Assembly (NCBI GenBank): GCA_052387815.1
Contig: JBQTIU010000024.1
Coordinates: 3,028 to 67,027, forward strand
Source of the DNA: Pseudomonadota bacterium
GTDB lineage: Bacteria; Pseudomonadota; Alphaproteobacteria; CACIAM-22H2
Direction of reading: 5' to 3'
DNA: 64,000 bases
Position numbers and translations under genes: made by a program. Below the pieces are notes generated by a model. That model worked only from the letters and a program-made list of their open reading frames with translations. It made no database searches and was not told where the DNA came from. Positions 39,404 through 48,630 of the stretch are shown here, piece by piece; position 1 is the stretch's first letter; every line of letters starts with the position of its first letter.

Positions 39404-41087
39404 CGGCCGCCGCGGCCTCGATATAGTCCACGTCCCCGCCTTGCGCCCACCTGCTGAAGCGCTCAAGATCGCCGTTGCGCCTTGCCTCGTCGAGGGAGCG
39501 CGCCACCGCGACCAGGTTGTGATCGAGCGGATGCCCGCCGCGTTCGGTGTGGTCGAGGAACGCCGACTTGAAGCTGCGCATGCGCCAGGGCCGCAGCACG
39601 AAGGCGGCATGGGCGTGGCGGCGCGCGAGCTCGCGTTCGGCCTCGGTCATGGGCGCAAGCAAGTGCAGCCGCGCGAGGCGCTCGAGGTACTCTGCCGCGG
39701 ACGCCGAATCGACCGTGAAGCCGAGTCCTGAATAACGGCCCGTGCCGGCGGTGAGCGTCGGCTTGCCCAAGCAGGGGAGTTCCATGCCGGCGGTCCCGCG
39801 CACGGTCACCCCGTAATCGGCGAATTCGAACAGCGAGCGCGTCGAGATGTCGCTGTCGGGATAGAGCAACTTGACGTGGGGGGGCAGGGCGCCCACGCGC
39901 GCGCGGATGAGGCCGAGCTCCGAGTATTCGCCCTCGACCCCCTCGCGCGCCCGCTTCCACAGATTGGCCGGGTGGAGCTTGACGAGCCAGTTGAGGTTGG
40001 GGTTGGCCGCGAGCGCCCGGACCGTCTCAGCGAACCAGTCGCCGTAGTCCTCGAACAGATCCTCGCCGAAGAACAGGTTAGCATCCCACAGCACGGGCGA
40101 GAACACGACGGCCGTTTTCTTCGCCGGGTCCAGGGTGAGGCGTGCGCCGATCGCGGCCCGGTGGGCGTCGCGCACCCCGGGCTGGTTGCGGCTTTGCAGG
40201 AACCATTTGCCGCTGTAGCGGTCGGCGAACATGCGGTCGACCTCATCGTCCTCGCGCGCCGTCCACGGCCGCCGCAGCACGGCTTTGAAGGTGGCGGGCG
40301 ATACCGAGGACGGATGCATGCGGCGCGTCTCGGCGGTCAAGCGCTTCAGCGTCAGCGCGTCGTCGCGCCACGGCTGGACCACCTGGATGACGCCCGCTCC
40401 GTCGGCGATCAGGCGGTCGACGACCGGGCCGTTGGTGGCGTAATTCGCCTCGATGACCAGGCCCAATTCCGCGCGCACGGCCGCGACCAGGCGTTCGGCC
40501 ACCACGACGCGGGCAAGGAGCCCCGGCAGCGTGGCGGCGATCTCGGCGTGCGTGCCGGGCTGGCGCGGGTCGGGCGCGCCCTCGTGGCGCTGGCGCGATA
40601 CGGTGGCCAGGATCTGGGGCCCGATCCACGAGCCCTCGAACCGCCACTGCTTGACCGCCTGGAACGACATGTCGCCGGCGAGGAGCCGCGTCGCCTCCGC
40701 GGCGGCGCGTTCCCGCTCGGCGTCGGCGGGCGGGAACTCGTCGAGATAGACGAAATCGCCGATGCCGAAGGCGCGGAAGTAGCGCTGCGCCCGGGTGTTG
40801 GTCCGCGAGTTGGTCAGCACGACCGGCCGCCAGCCTTCAAGCTTTAGGGCCGCCCCCAGCATCGCCTCAAGCTTCATCTGGTAGACCATGTCGGTGTTCG
40901 ACACGATCAACAGGCGCTTGGCCGCGGCTGGCGGCTCGGGCATTGCCGACCTCAGCCAGGCGATTTCGGCCACGGTCTTGAGATAGTCGGCGCGCACGGC
41001 CCGTTCCGTCTCCGGATCGCGAAGCCCGCGCGCGAGATCGATGAGGGCGGGCCCGAGGATCGGCACCCGGGCGATGTGCCTACGCAT
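39393..41087 (-). CDS. Capsule_synth-family protein (KpsC/KpsS-like putative Kdo/nonulosonate transferase)
   Basis: 564 aa with a WLVKLHP...motif and overall architecture resembling PF05159 capsule-biosynthesis (beta-Kdo transferase) proteins. It is adjacent to the NeuA/B/C homologues. Family assignment is from memory only. Confidence 0.4.
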   Translation of the reverse strand: MRRHIARVPILGPALIDLARGLRDPETERAVRADYLKTVAEIAWLRSAMPEPPAAAKRLLIVSNTDMVYQMKLEAMLGAALKLEGWRPVVLTNSRTNTRAQRYFRAFGIGDFVYLDEFPPADAERERAAAEATRLLAGDMSFQAVKQWRFEGSWIGPQILATVSRQRHEGAPDPRQPGTHAEIAATLPGLLARVVVAERLVAAVRAELGLVIEANYATNGPVVDRLIADGAGVIQVVQPWRDDALTLKRLTAETRRMHPSSVSPATFKAVLRRPWTAREDDEVDRMFADRYSGKWFLQSRNQPGVRDAHRAAIGARLTLDPAKKTAVVFSPVLWDANLFFGEDLFEDYGDWFAETVRALAANPNLNWLVKLHPANLWKRAREGVEGEYSELGLIRARVGALPPHVKLLYPDSDISTRSLFEFADYGVTVRGTAGMELPCLGKPTLTAGTGRYSGLGFTVDSASAAEYLERLARLHLLAPMTEAERELARRHAHAAFVLRPWRMRSFKSAFLDHTERGGHPLDHNLVAVARSLDEARRNGDLERFSRWAQGGDVDYIEAAAADAS

Positions 41088-41796
41088 GGCGGGCGTGCCG
41101 GCGCGCGGCGATCAGCAGCTCGGCGAGGCGCAGGTCCCAGGGGTCGTCGATGTCGAGCGAATCGCGTTCGTCCATGACGTAGCCGACCGAAGGATTCCCA
41201 TAGAGCGCGCCGCGGCCGAGTACGGCCGAGCGCACGATCAGGATCGCCGGCCCGTTGCGGGCGAACACCCTGGGCTTGTCCTGGCGGCGCAGGAGCTCGG
41301 GGCCGGGCCGGAACGGGGAGAGCACGCCGTCCTTCATGGTCAGTATCGAGACCGGATTGAAGCGGTGCGGCACCTCGACGACGCTGACCACGGTCTCCGC
41401 GCCGGCCCGCTCCATGAGCTCGATCGCCTCGTCGATATGCCGGCTCTCTCGCATGGGCGAGGTCGGCTGCAACAGCGCCACGGCCTCGACCTCGAGGCCC
41501 TCGCCGCGGGCCCAATCGAGGGCGTGGCGCATCACCGGCAGCATCGGCGCCTCGTCGCGGGCGAGCTCGGGCGGCCGCAGGAACGGCACCTCGAGCCCGA
41601 GCGAGCGCCCCACTGCCGCGATCTCGGGATCGTCGGTGGACAAGAGCACGCGGCCTAGGCGCTTGGCGGCGAGCGCCGCCTCGACGGTGTAGGCGAGAAG
41701 CGGCCGGCCGGCCAAGGGCGCCACGTTCTTGCGCGGGATCGCCTTCGAGCCGCCGCGCGCCGGGATGAGGCCGAGGACAGCGGAGCCGTCAATCAT
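41080..41796 (-). CDS. neuA: CMP-nonulosonate (acylneuraminate) cytidylyltransferase family
   Basis: LIPARGGSKAIPRKN P-loop-like motif as in NeuA/PseF/LegF, and 238 aa. Confidence 0.8.
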   Translation of the reverse strand: MIDGSAVLGLIPARGGSKAIPRKNVAPLAGRPLLAYTVEAALAAKRLGRVLLSTDDPEIAAVGRSLGLEVPFLRPPELARDEAPMLPVMRHALDWARGEGLEVEAVALLQPTSPMRESRHIDEAIELMERAGAETVVSVVEVPHRFNPVSILTMKDGVLSPFRPGPELLRRQDKPRVFARNGPAILIVRSAVLGRGALYGNPSVGYVMDERDSLDIDDPWDLRLAELLIAARRHARHA

Positions 41797-42903
41797 AAAG
41801 CCGTCGGCCGCGCAAGACGTTGCGCAGGCCCATCAGCGGCCGCTCGGCGGCGGCATGAACCAGCGTTGAAGCCGCGAGGGTTACGAGGAAAACGAATGCG
41901 AAGGCGATCGGTCCTGCAAGCGAGAGAAAAACCGAAATAGAAATGATCGGCACATGCAACAGGTAAACCGCGTAGGTGACGTCGCCGAGGCGCCGGTCGA
42001 CAAGCTTGACCCTGTCGGAAGGCGGAACGGCGATCAGAGCGCACAGCAAGGCGACGCCGGCGACAAACAAAACGGTTGTGGTCACGCTGTCGATCATGGG
42101 CGCATGGAGATTGTATTGGTAGTAGTGGTGCCCCGCCTGTACCAACGCGAAGAAGCCCAACAGAAACATGTGAAACCGGCGGCGCGTGGCATAGAAATAC
42201 ACCGCTGAGCCAAGGAGAAAATAGGGCGCGAACTGCAGGATGCCGTAGAACCTCACATAGCCGTTCATCCACCAGACGAAAGGGTAGAACGCGAGCGCCG
42301 CGACCGCCACGGCGCCCAAGCACCACTGGCGATCGGCGAGCGCGAACACGAGCCCGGCGAGAATGTAGAAGATGAGCTCGATGACGACCCAGCCGGCGAT
42401 CGGGATCACCAGGAGGTTGTTGCCTTGGCGCAGATAGGCGGGCAGCAGCGTCATATTGACGAAAAGCGCCCAGGGGTCGACACGTATAGGGAGCAACCCT
42501 ATGTCGATCGTGGGTATTCCCAACCCGATGAAAAGCGCATAGGCGAGAGCGGCGGCGACCCACCAAGTGGGGTAGATTCTGAGGAACCGATTGACGAGAA
42601 ACCGGCCGAACGACTTGCAATAGAACAGATCGAGGGCCTCGGATATGACGAAGCCGGAGACGACCAGGAACAGAAAACGCCAATGTTCCCCAAAGCCAAC
42701 GGTCGCAGATTCCCGGGCAGATACCCGCTCGTGTGGCTTACGAACACGAGCATCGCAAGCAGGAACCGGAACGAGCCGAGGAACCGGTAAGGATGGGCGA
42801 CGAAGCCAGCTCCGCGGAGGTCGGCAGGGGTCGCCGCCGGGATGTCTTCTTTCTTTATGGCAAGCGTGGCGTCCTTCGAAAGACTCATGGGTCCGGGCGT
42901 CAA
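41789..42903 (-). pseudogene. acyltransferase-3 (OafA-like O-acyltransferase) gene interrupted by a frameshift at an A4/T4 homopolymer near 42674-42677
   Basis: The N-terminal 75 codons (MTPG...LGNIGVF) are in one frame (ORF 42499..42903). The rest (FLFLVVSGFVISE...RIYPTWW, about 296 codons) is in another frame (ORF 41789..43054). Joined, they give a normal acyltransferase-3 of about 370 aa. Confidence 0.6.
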
Positions 42904-44051
42904 TACGCGATCCGCTTCTGGATGCCGACGGTCTTGGTCGACAGGATGTCGGCGATCCGCTGGCCGGCGTTGCCGTCGCCGTAGATCGCGTCCATGGCGT
43001 AGCGGCCGTGCTGGACCTGGCGGCGGATCGCAGCGGCGATCGCGCCCCGCTCATGGGGCGCGTCGATGACGTTGTGGCCGCGCTCGCGTCCCGCCTGCCG
43101 GGTGCCGATGTTGGCCACCGGCGCGCCGATATAGGCGCCCTCGCGGATGCCGCTCGACGAGTTGCCCACCAGGCACGCGGCGCGGGCCATCAGGCCGATA
43201 TAGGTCTCGGCCGGCAGGTTCTTGAAGAAATGCATGCCCCGGGCAAGGCCCCGCTCGCGCCACTTGCGGATGCCGCGGGCGATGTGCTCGGACCCGGCAT
43301 CGGCGTTGGGCCACAGGACGATGGCGGGGAGCCCCGTATCGCTGACCGCTTCGAGGCTCGCCGTGATCTGGCGCTCGCCCTCGCCGTATTCGGTCGTCAC
43401 CGGATGCTGGGCCACCACCAGGAACGGCCGCTCGAGGTCGAAACGCTCGCCGACCCCCAGCCTGAAAATGTCGGGACCAAGCGCCGCCTCGCCGTTGGCC
43501 AGGGTCTCGGCCACGAGATCGACGCGCGGGCACCCCACGAGGTGGACGTCCTCCGCGCGCTCGCCCAGCCTGATGATGCGCTCGCGCGCCCCGGGGCTGG
43601 CCGGGAAATGGATGTGGGCGAACTTGGTGACGGCATGCCGGATGCTCTCGTCGATCGTCCCCGAAACCTCGCCGCCCATGGTGTGCGCGATCGGGATGTT
43701 CATGTAAGCGGCGGCGAGGGTGGTCGCCATGGTCTCGAAGCGGTCGCCGACCGTGAGCACGATGTCGGGCTTCAGGCTCTCGAACACGGTGGGGAGTTCG
43801 AGCAGCCCGAGGCCGGTCGACTTGGCCATGGTCGCGGGCGTCTCGCCCTCGATCAGCATGTGGACCTTGGCCGCCGCCTCGAAGCCGTCGCGCTCGATCA
43901 GGTCGACGACCGCCCCGTAGCGGTCCAAGAGCGCCGAGGCGCCGACCACGACCTGGAGCGTCAAGTCGGGATGGGCCGCGATCGCCCGCATCGCCGACTT
44001 GATGGAGCTGTAGTTGGCGCGCGAGCCGACGACGACGCAAATCTTTCTCAA
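42900..44051 (-). CDS. neuC: UDP-N-acetylglucosamine 2-epimerase (hydrolysing), NeuC/LegG family
   Basis: RKICVVVGSRANYSS...HTMGGEVSG...HLVGCP motifs. There is no in-frame ATG; the predicted TTG start at 44051 forms a TTGA overlap with the neuB stop. Confidence 0.8.
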   Translation of the reverse strand: MRKICVVVGSRANYSSIKSAMRAIAAHPDLTLQVVVGASALLDRYGAVVDLIERDGFEAAAKVHMLIEGETPATMAKSTGLGLLELPTVFESLKPDIVLTVGDRFETMATTLAAAYMNIPIAHTMGGEVSGTIDESIRHAVTKFAHIHFPASPGARERIIRLGERAEDVHLVGCPRVDLVAETLANGEAALGPDIFRLGVGERFDLERPFLVVAQHPVTTEYGEGERQITASLEAVSDTGLPAIVLWPNADAGSEHIARGIRKWRERGLARGMHFFKNLPAETYIGLMARAACLVGNSSSGIREGAYIGAPVANIGTRQAGRERGHNVIDAPHERGAIAAAIRRQVQHGRYAMDAIYGDGNAGQRIADILSTKTVGIQKRIAY

Positions 44052-45040
44052 CTCAAATCCGTCCGTGCGAGCTTGTGGTCGGCGGGCAGCGCCCGGGCGG
44101 CGCGCCGGCCGACGACGTCCTGCCAACGGGCGGCCGAGATGCCGTCGCCCGGCTTCTTGAAGGCGAGGTCGGCGCGCGTCAGCGCCGTGCCGGCCGGGAT
44201 GGGCCGCGCGGTGACGATGCTCTTTTCGAAGATGCGCTTCATGTCGCGATAGGGGCCGAGGTCGTCCTTGTCGACGGGATGGCCCAGCATCGCCCACACG
44301 TCCCGCAAGGCCTCGGCGAGGCGCTTGAAGTCGGCGGGCTCCATGGCATTCGCCGCGTCGCTGCCATACATCAGGCGCGAGAAGGTGAAATGCTTCTCGA
44401 TGACCGTGGCGCCGAGCGCCGCGGCGGCGAGCGCGGCGGCGGGGCCGTCGGTGTGGTCGGAAAAGCCGACCGCCACCCCGTAGCGGGCCCGCATTTCGCC
44501 AAGCACGTTCAAGCCGACGCGCTCGGGCGGACAGGGGTAGAGCGAGCTGCATTGCAGGACGACGAGCGGCCCGCCGCGCCGCAACACCGCGACCGCGGCG
44601 TCGAGCTCCGCCCAGTCGCTCATGCCCGAGGACAACAGAACCGGCTTGCCGGTGGCGGCAATCCGTTCGAGGAGCGGCAGGTTGGTGACCTCGCCCGAGG
44701 GAATCTTGTAGGCGCCGACTCCGACCTCCTCCAGGAGGTCGACCGCCTCGAGGCTGAACGGCGAGGACAGGAACTCGACCTTGTGCGATTCCGCATGCGC
44801 CTTCAAGGCCCTCCACTGGTCGAGGGAAAACGCCGTGCGGCGGAAATAGGCGGCGCGCGGCTCGGCCTGGAAATAGGGCGGCGGCGGCGCGTCGGCGAGC
44901 GTCTCGGCCGCGGCGATGTGGGTCTGGAACTTGACCGCGTCGGCCCCGCACGAGGCCGCCGCCTCGATGAGCCTCGAGGCGTTGCCGAACGAGCCGTCAT
45001 GGACCGAACCGAGCTCGGCGATGAGCGAGCATGGGCGCAT
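44048..45040 (-). CDS. neuB: N-acetylneuraminate synthase family (NeuB/LegI/PseI)
   Basis: TIM-barrel NeuB motifs (IAELGSVHDGS, KFQTH) and a C-terminal antifreeze-like (SAF) domain. Confidence 0.85.
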   Translation of the reverse strand: MRPCSLIAELGSVHDGSFGNASRLIEAAASCGADAVKFQTHIAAAETLADAPPPPYFQAEPRAAYFRRTAFSLDQWRALKAHAESHKVEFLSSPFSLEAVDLLEEVGVGAYKIPSGEVTNLPLLERIAATGKPVLLSSGMSDWAELDAAVAVLRRGGPLVVLQCSSLYPCPPERVGLNVLGEMRARYGVAVGFSDHTDGPAAALAAAALGATVIEKHFTFSRLMYGSDAANAMEPADFKRLAEALRDVWAMLGHPVDKDDLGPYRDMKRIFEKSIVTARPIPAGTALTRADLAFKKPGDGISAARWQDVVGRRAARALPADHKLARTDLS

Positions 45041-45049
45041 GGGGATGCC

Positions 45050-46087
45050 CTAGGCGCGACCGAGAATCCGCCGCAAGCCTCCATAGACGGCATAAGGGAC
45101 CTTCTGCCAGGTGCGGTTGAGCCAGCGCTCGATGGGCGGGCGGGAGAGCGCACCTTCGATCGCCCGGATGTCCGCCTCGGGCGTCAGTCGGGCCTCCTCC
45201 ATGAGGCCGATGGCGAACGAATTGAAGCCGTAGACGAGCGCGATCGCGGCGAGGCGCTGGCGCGTCTCGGCCGACAAGTCCGTCCGCTCGGGATCGATGA
45301 CGAAGATGGCGTCGCCGGCGTGGATCAGGCGCCGGTCCGCCATGGCGGACAGCCTCGTGGGCGCGCGCGTATAGGCCTGATGGCCGAGCTCGAGGTCGAT
45401 GAGGCGCATCCCGTGGTCGCGGAGATAGACGTGCTGGTCGCCGAGCAGCGGGTGCTCCCGGTAGTAGGGGACGGCGACGAACTCGGTATACACGAACAGG
45501 ATGCGGCCGCGCTCGAGCAGGCCCTCGGCGCCTTTGAGGACCCTGAGTTCCGCCCCCTCGGTGTCGATTTTCAGGAAATCCACGGTCGCCTCGGGGTCGA
45601 GCACCCGGTCCAGCCGCCGGCACCGCATCGGCAAGGTGCGGTTGACCTTTCCGTGCACCTCGAGGAACGACTTGCCGGACCGGCGGTCCTTGCGTGGATA
45701 GGTCTGAAAGATGCGCACGCCGATCTCCGGCTGGGTCTCGCCCATCATGGTGCAGGCGCCGGGGCCCGCGGTGACGTAGAAGGGGCGCTCCTCCTCGCGA
45801 TCCCAGGCCGCGCAGTCGAAGTAGCGCAGCGAGCGGAAGGCCGGCATCCTCATGCCCGCCTTCATGGCATCGGTGTCGCCAGCCACCAGCTTGCGGTACT
45901 CCTCAGGGTTCGGTTCGAAGCCGATCAAGTCCGCGCGGCGGGTATAGGAGGCGGGGAGGAAGAACATGCCGTTGCGGGCGCCGACATCGACGACGGTCGG
46001 CGCGATTTTGGCCTCCTCCAGCGGCGCGAACACGATGTCGCCGACCGTCCGTCCGGTGGCCGTGCGGTAATCGAGGCTGTTCAGCAT
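45050..46087 (-). CDS. FkbM-family methyltransferase
   Basis: VDVGARNGMFF...IGFEPNP motif. The start is ATG 46087, preceded by GGGAGG; the alternative is GTG 46171. Confidence 0.65.
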   Translation of the reverse strand: MLNSLDYRTATGRTVGDIVFAPLEEAKIAPTVVDVGARNGMFFLPASYTRRADLIGFEPNPEEYRKLVAGDTDAMKAGMRMPAFRSLRYFDCAAWDREEERPFYVTAGPGACTMMGETQPEIGVRIFQTYPRKDRRSGKSFLEVHGKVNRTLPMRCRRLDRVLDPEATVDFLKIDTEGAELRVLKGAEGLLERGRILFVYTEFVAVPYYREHPLLGDQHVYLRDHGMRLIDLELGHQAYTRAPTRLSAMADRRLIHAGDAIFVIDPERTDLSAETRQRLAAIALVYGFNSFAIGLMEEARLTPEADIRAIEGALSRPPIERWLNRTWQKVPYAVYGGLRRILGRA

Positions 46088-46121
46088 GCGGGCAAACCTC
46101 CCAAGATCGTTGCCCTTAAGC

Positions 46122-47099
46122 TCAGGTCGCCTTGAGGCGCAAAGTTGGCTGCGCCTTGACGGAGGTGGCACCGAGCGCCCGCAGAACGTCGTTGCCGTCG
46201 AGCGCGAATTCGTCGGGGTTCGGCGGGATGGCAGCCTCGGTCGGCGCGCGCTCGCGCACCACCACGGTGGCCGGAAGGGCGGCGCGCCAAATCGCCAACT
46301 GTAGCTGGTGGCTCAGTCGGTTGGTGCTGCGCGAATCGTCGAGCACCACGAGCCGCAAGGTGGCGGCGACGTCGTCGAGGATCGGGGTCCAGTCGTCGAT
46401 GAGCAGGCCGTTCACGGAAAACAGGGAGGCCCGCATCCCCTTCTCCGCCATCTGCCGGGCGAGCCGGCGGCCTTGCGGGAAGGCGAGATTGAAGCAGACG
46501 ATGGTGGCGTCGGGCCCGCTCGCATAGCGGAACAGGGCGCCGTCGCCGAAGCACTCGACCGGTCCCTCGACGGCCTCGATCTCGTGGCGCAACAGCCGCT
46601 GGCTCACGGCGATGATCCGGAAGCCGGGGGCGACGAGATGCCGGCCGAAGATGGCGTCGGCGTCGTGACGGTTGCTCACCGTATAGGCGGGGATGCGGGC
46701 CATCGAACAGAAATCCCCGAGATTGTTGAGGCGCGATTGCGGCCCCTCGAAGCCGCTGTCGACGACGGCGGCGACGATGGAAAAGGACGCCCGCGGGGGA
46801 TAGAGCCGCACCATGTTGTAGGTGTTGACCAGATGGTCCGTCGACAGCAGGAGGAAATCCTGCTGCTTCATGAAAAAGGCCGAATCGACCCCTTCCAGCA
46901 TCAACCCGAAGCCCATGCCGACCAGCGCGTTCTCGCAGTTGGGCGTGTTGATGACCTTGAGCCCGTCACGGCTCTCCAGCCCCGCGGTCAGCCCAGCCAG
47001 CCGGCTGCCGGCGGCGATGTTCTGGCCGTAGAGTACGAAGGGCGCGCGGCCGGCCAGGAGCTTGCGGACCAGCGCGTTGAGGTAGCCGACGTAAGTCAT
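46122..47099 (-). CDS. TPP-enzyme E1 beta-subunit-like (transketolase C-terminal-like) protein
   Basis: MTYVGYLNALVRKLL...FVLYGQNIAAG pattern of 2-oxoacid dehydrogenase E1-beta and split transketolases. ATGA overlap with the alpha-like gene. Confidence 0.7.
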   Translation of the reverse strand: MTYVGYLNALVRKLLAGRAPFVLYGQNIAAGSRLAGLTAGLESRDGLKVINTPNCENALVGMGFGLMLEGVDSAFFMKQQDFLLLSTDHLVNTYNMVRLYPPRASFSIVAAVVDSGFEGPQSRLNNLGDFCSMARIPAYTVSNRHDADAIFGRHLVAPGFRIIAVSQRLLRHEIEAVEGPVECFGDGALFRYASGPDATIVCFNLAFPQGRRLARQMAEKGMRASLFSVNGLLIDDWTPILDDVAATLRLVVLDDSRSTNRLSHQLQLAIWRAALPATVVVRERAPTEAAIPPNPDEFALDGNDVLRALGATSVKAQPTLRLKAT

Positions 47100-48022
47100 T
47101 GCATCTCGACCTGCAGGCGCGCGAGCAGCGAGTCGGAAAGCGCCGCGATCTCGGCGACGCCGAACCGCTGCCCGAGCGCGTAGACCGGGTCGCCGTCGTC
47201 CTCGCGGATGATCGGCGGCGAGCACAGCATCACGCTCGGCGCGACGCCGTGATGGTAGTTGACGTGGCGGCCGGGACGGCCGGGTTCCTCGATGATCCAG
47301 TCGCCGAGGGTGTGGAGCAAGACCTCGACGAGGACGGGTGTGCGCCCGGCGATCGCCGCCGCGCGCAGCGCCGAGAGCGCCTCGCGATAGGCGCACACGT
47401 CGTTGCCGGCAAGCCGCCGGTAGGGGACGCCGAGGCCGCTGCCCAGGCGCTCGACGTCGATCGGGCAGCGGCGCTCCTCGATGCGCGTGTACATCGACCA
47501 CTGGTTGTTCTCGATCACCACCAGGGCCGGCAGCGCGAAGCTTTTCAAGAGCAGCAGGGACTCGTAGAACTGGCCTTCCTCCATGGCGCCGTCGCCGCTC
47601 ACCACGACGGTGATCCCCGGCCGGCCGGCCATCTGCCCGCCGAGCGCGACGCCGGCCCCGACGCCGAGATTGTTGCCGAGGACGCTCGAAGTGTAGACGA
47701 TCCCGGCCGCCGGATTGGCGAGGTTCATGGAGCCGAGCCGGCCCCCCGCTAGCCCTGAGGGCAGCAGGCGATATTCGTCGATCTCGGCGCGCAGCGAGGG
47801 TTGGCGGGCGAGGTTGTAATGGATATTGCGGTGGCTGAGCAGCAGGCGGTCCTCCTCGGCGAGCGCGGCGACCACGGCCACCGCCACCGCCTCGTGGCCG
47901 AGCCCGAGATGGACGGGGACCGGGAAATCGCGCGCCTTGTTGCGCTCGTTCACCAGCATCTGGGCGAGGCGCACGCGCACGACCTCCGCCGCCAACGCGC
48001 GATCGGCGTCAGAAACCGCCAT
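47096..48022 (-). CDS. TPP-binding E1 alpha-subunit-like protein
   Basis: GDGAMEEGQFYESL TPP-binding motif (GDG...N) and HLGLGHEAV region. Confidence 0.7.
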   Translation of the reverse strand: MAVSDADRALAAEVVRVRLAQMLVNERNKARDFPVPVHLGLGHEAVAVAVVAALAEEDRLLLSHRNIHYNLARQPSLRAEIDEYRLLPSGLAGGRLGSMNLANPAAGIVYTSSVLGNNLGVGAGVALGGQMAGRPGITVVVSGDGAMEEGQFYESLLLLKSFALPALVVIENNQWSMYTRIEERRCPIDVERLGSGLGVPYRRLAGNDVCAYREALSALRAAAIAGRTPVLVEVLLHTLGDWIIEEPGRPGRHVNYHHGVAPSVMLCSPPIIREDDGDPVYALGQRFGVAEIAALSDSLLARLQVEMQ

Positions 48023-48563
48023 GGGTCGCCTTGAAGGTCCTGAAATCGGGGTACGCCGCGTGCGCCGCCGAGACGAGCGGCCTGGCCTCGGGGGCGAGCG
48101 GCCAGTCGATGGCGAGGGTCGGATCGTTCCAGGCGATGCCGGCGCCCGAGGCGGCGGCATAGATGTTGTCGGCGGTGATCGCCAGGGCGGCGCCGTCGGT
48201 GAGCGACAAGGTCCCGTTGGCGAAGCCGCGCGGCACGAACAGCGCCCGCGGGCTATCGGCCGACAGCTCGAAGCCCTGCCAGGCGCCGAACCGCCCGTCG
48301 CGGCGCAGATCGACGACGACCCAGAACGTTCGCCCGCTCAAGGGCACGATCAGCTTCGCCTCGACATGGGGTGGCAACTGGACGTAGAGCCCCCTAAGCG
48401 TATTGGCCCGCGCCGTCCATTGGTAGATGCATTGCCGGACGCCCAAGTCGATGCCGGCCGGCGCCAGTTCCTCGGCATCGAAGGTGTGCACGAGCCATCC
48501 CCGCTCGTCGCGGAAGGGATCGAGCGGGACGAGCCGGGCGTGGTCGGGGCGGGTCATGCGCAT
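48009..48563 (-). CDS. RmlC-like cupin sugar-nucleotide 3,5-epimerase
   Basis: dTDP-4-dehydrorhamnose 3,5-epimerase fold pattern (FRDERGWL...RGLYVQ...FVPRGFANG). The start is ATG 48563. Confidence 0.65.
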   Translation of the reverse strand: MRMTRPDHARLVPLDPFRDERGWLVHTFDAEELAPAGIDLGVRQCIYQWTARANTLRGLYVQLPPHVEAKLIVPLSGRTFWVVVDLRRDGRFGAWQGFELSADSPRALFVPRGFANGTLSLTDGAALAITADNIYAAASGAGIAWNDPTLAIDWPLAPEARPLVSAAHAAYPDFRTFKATHGGF

Positions 48564-48630
48564 CCGGGCGCCGCAGAGCGGTCGAAGATCCGGAAACCGG
48601 GATCGGCGCACGGCATTGAGACCGCTTGCG

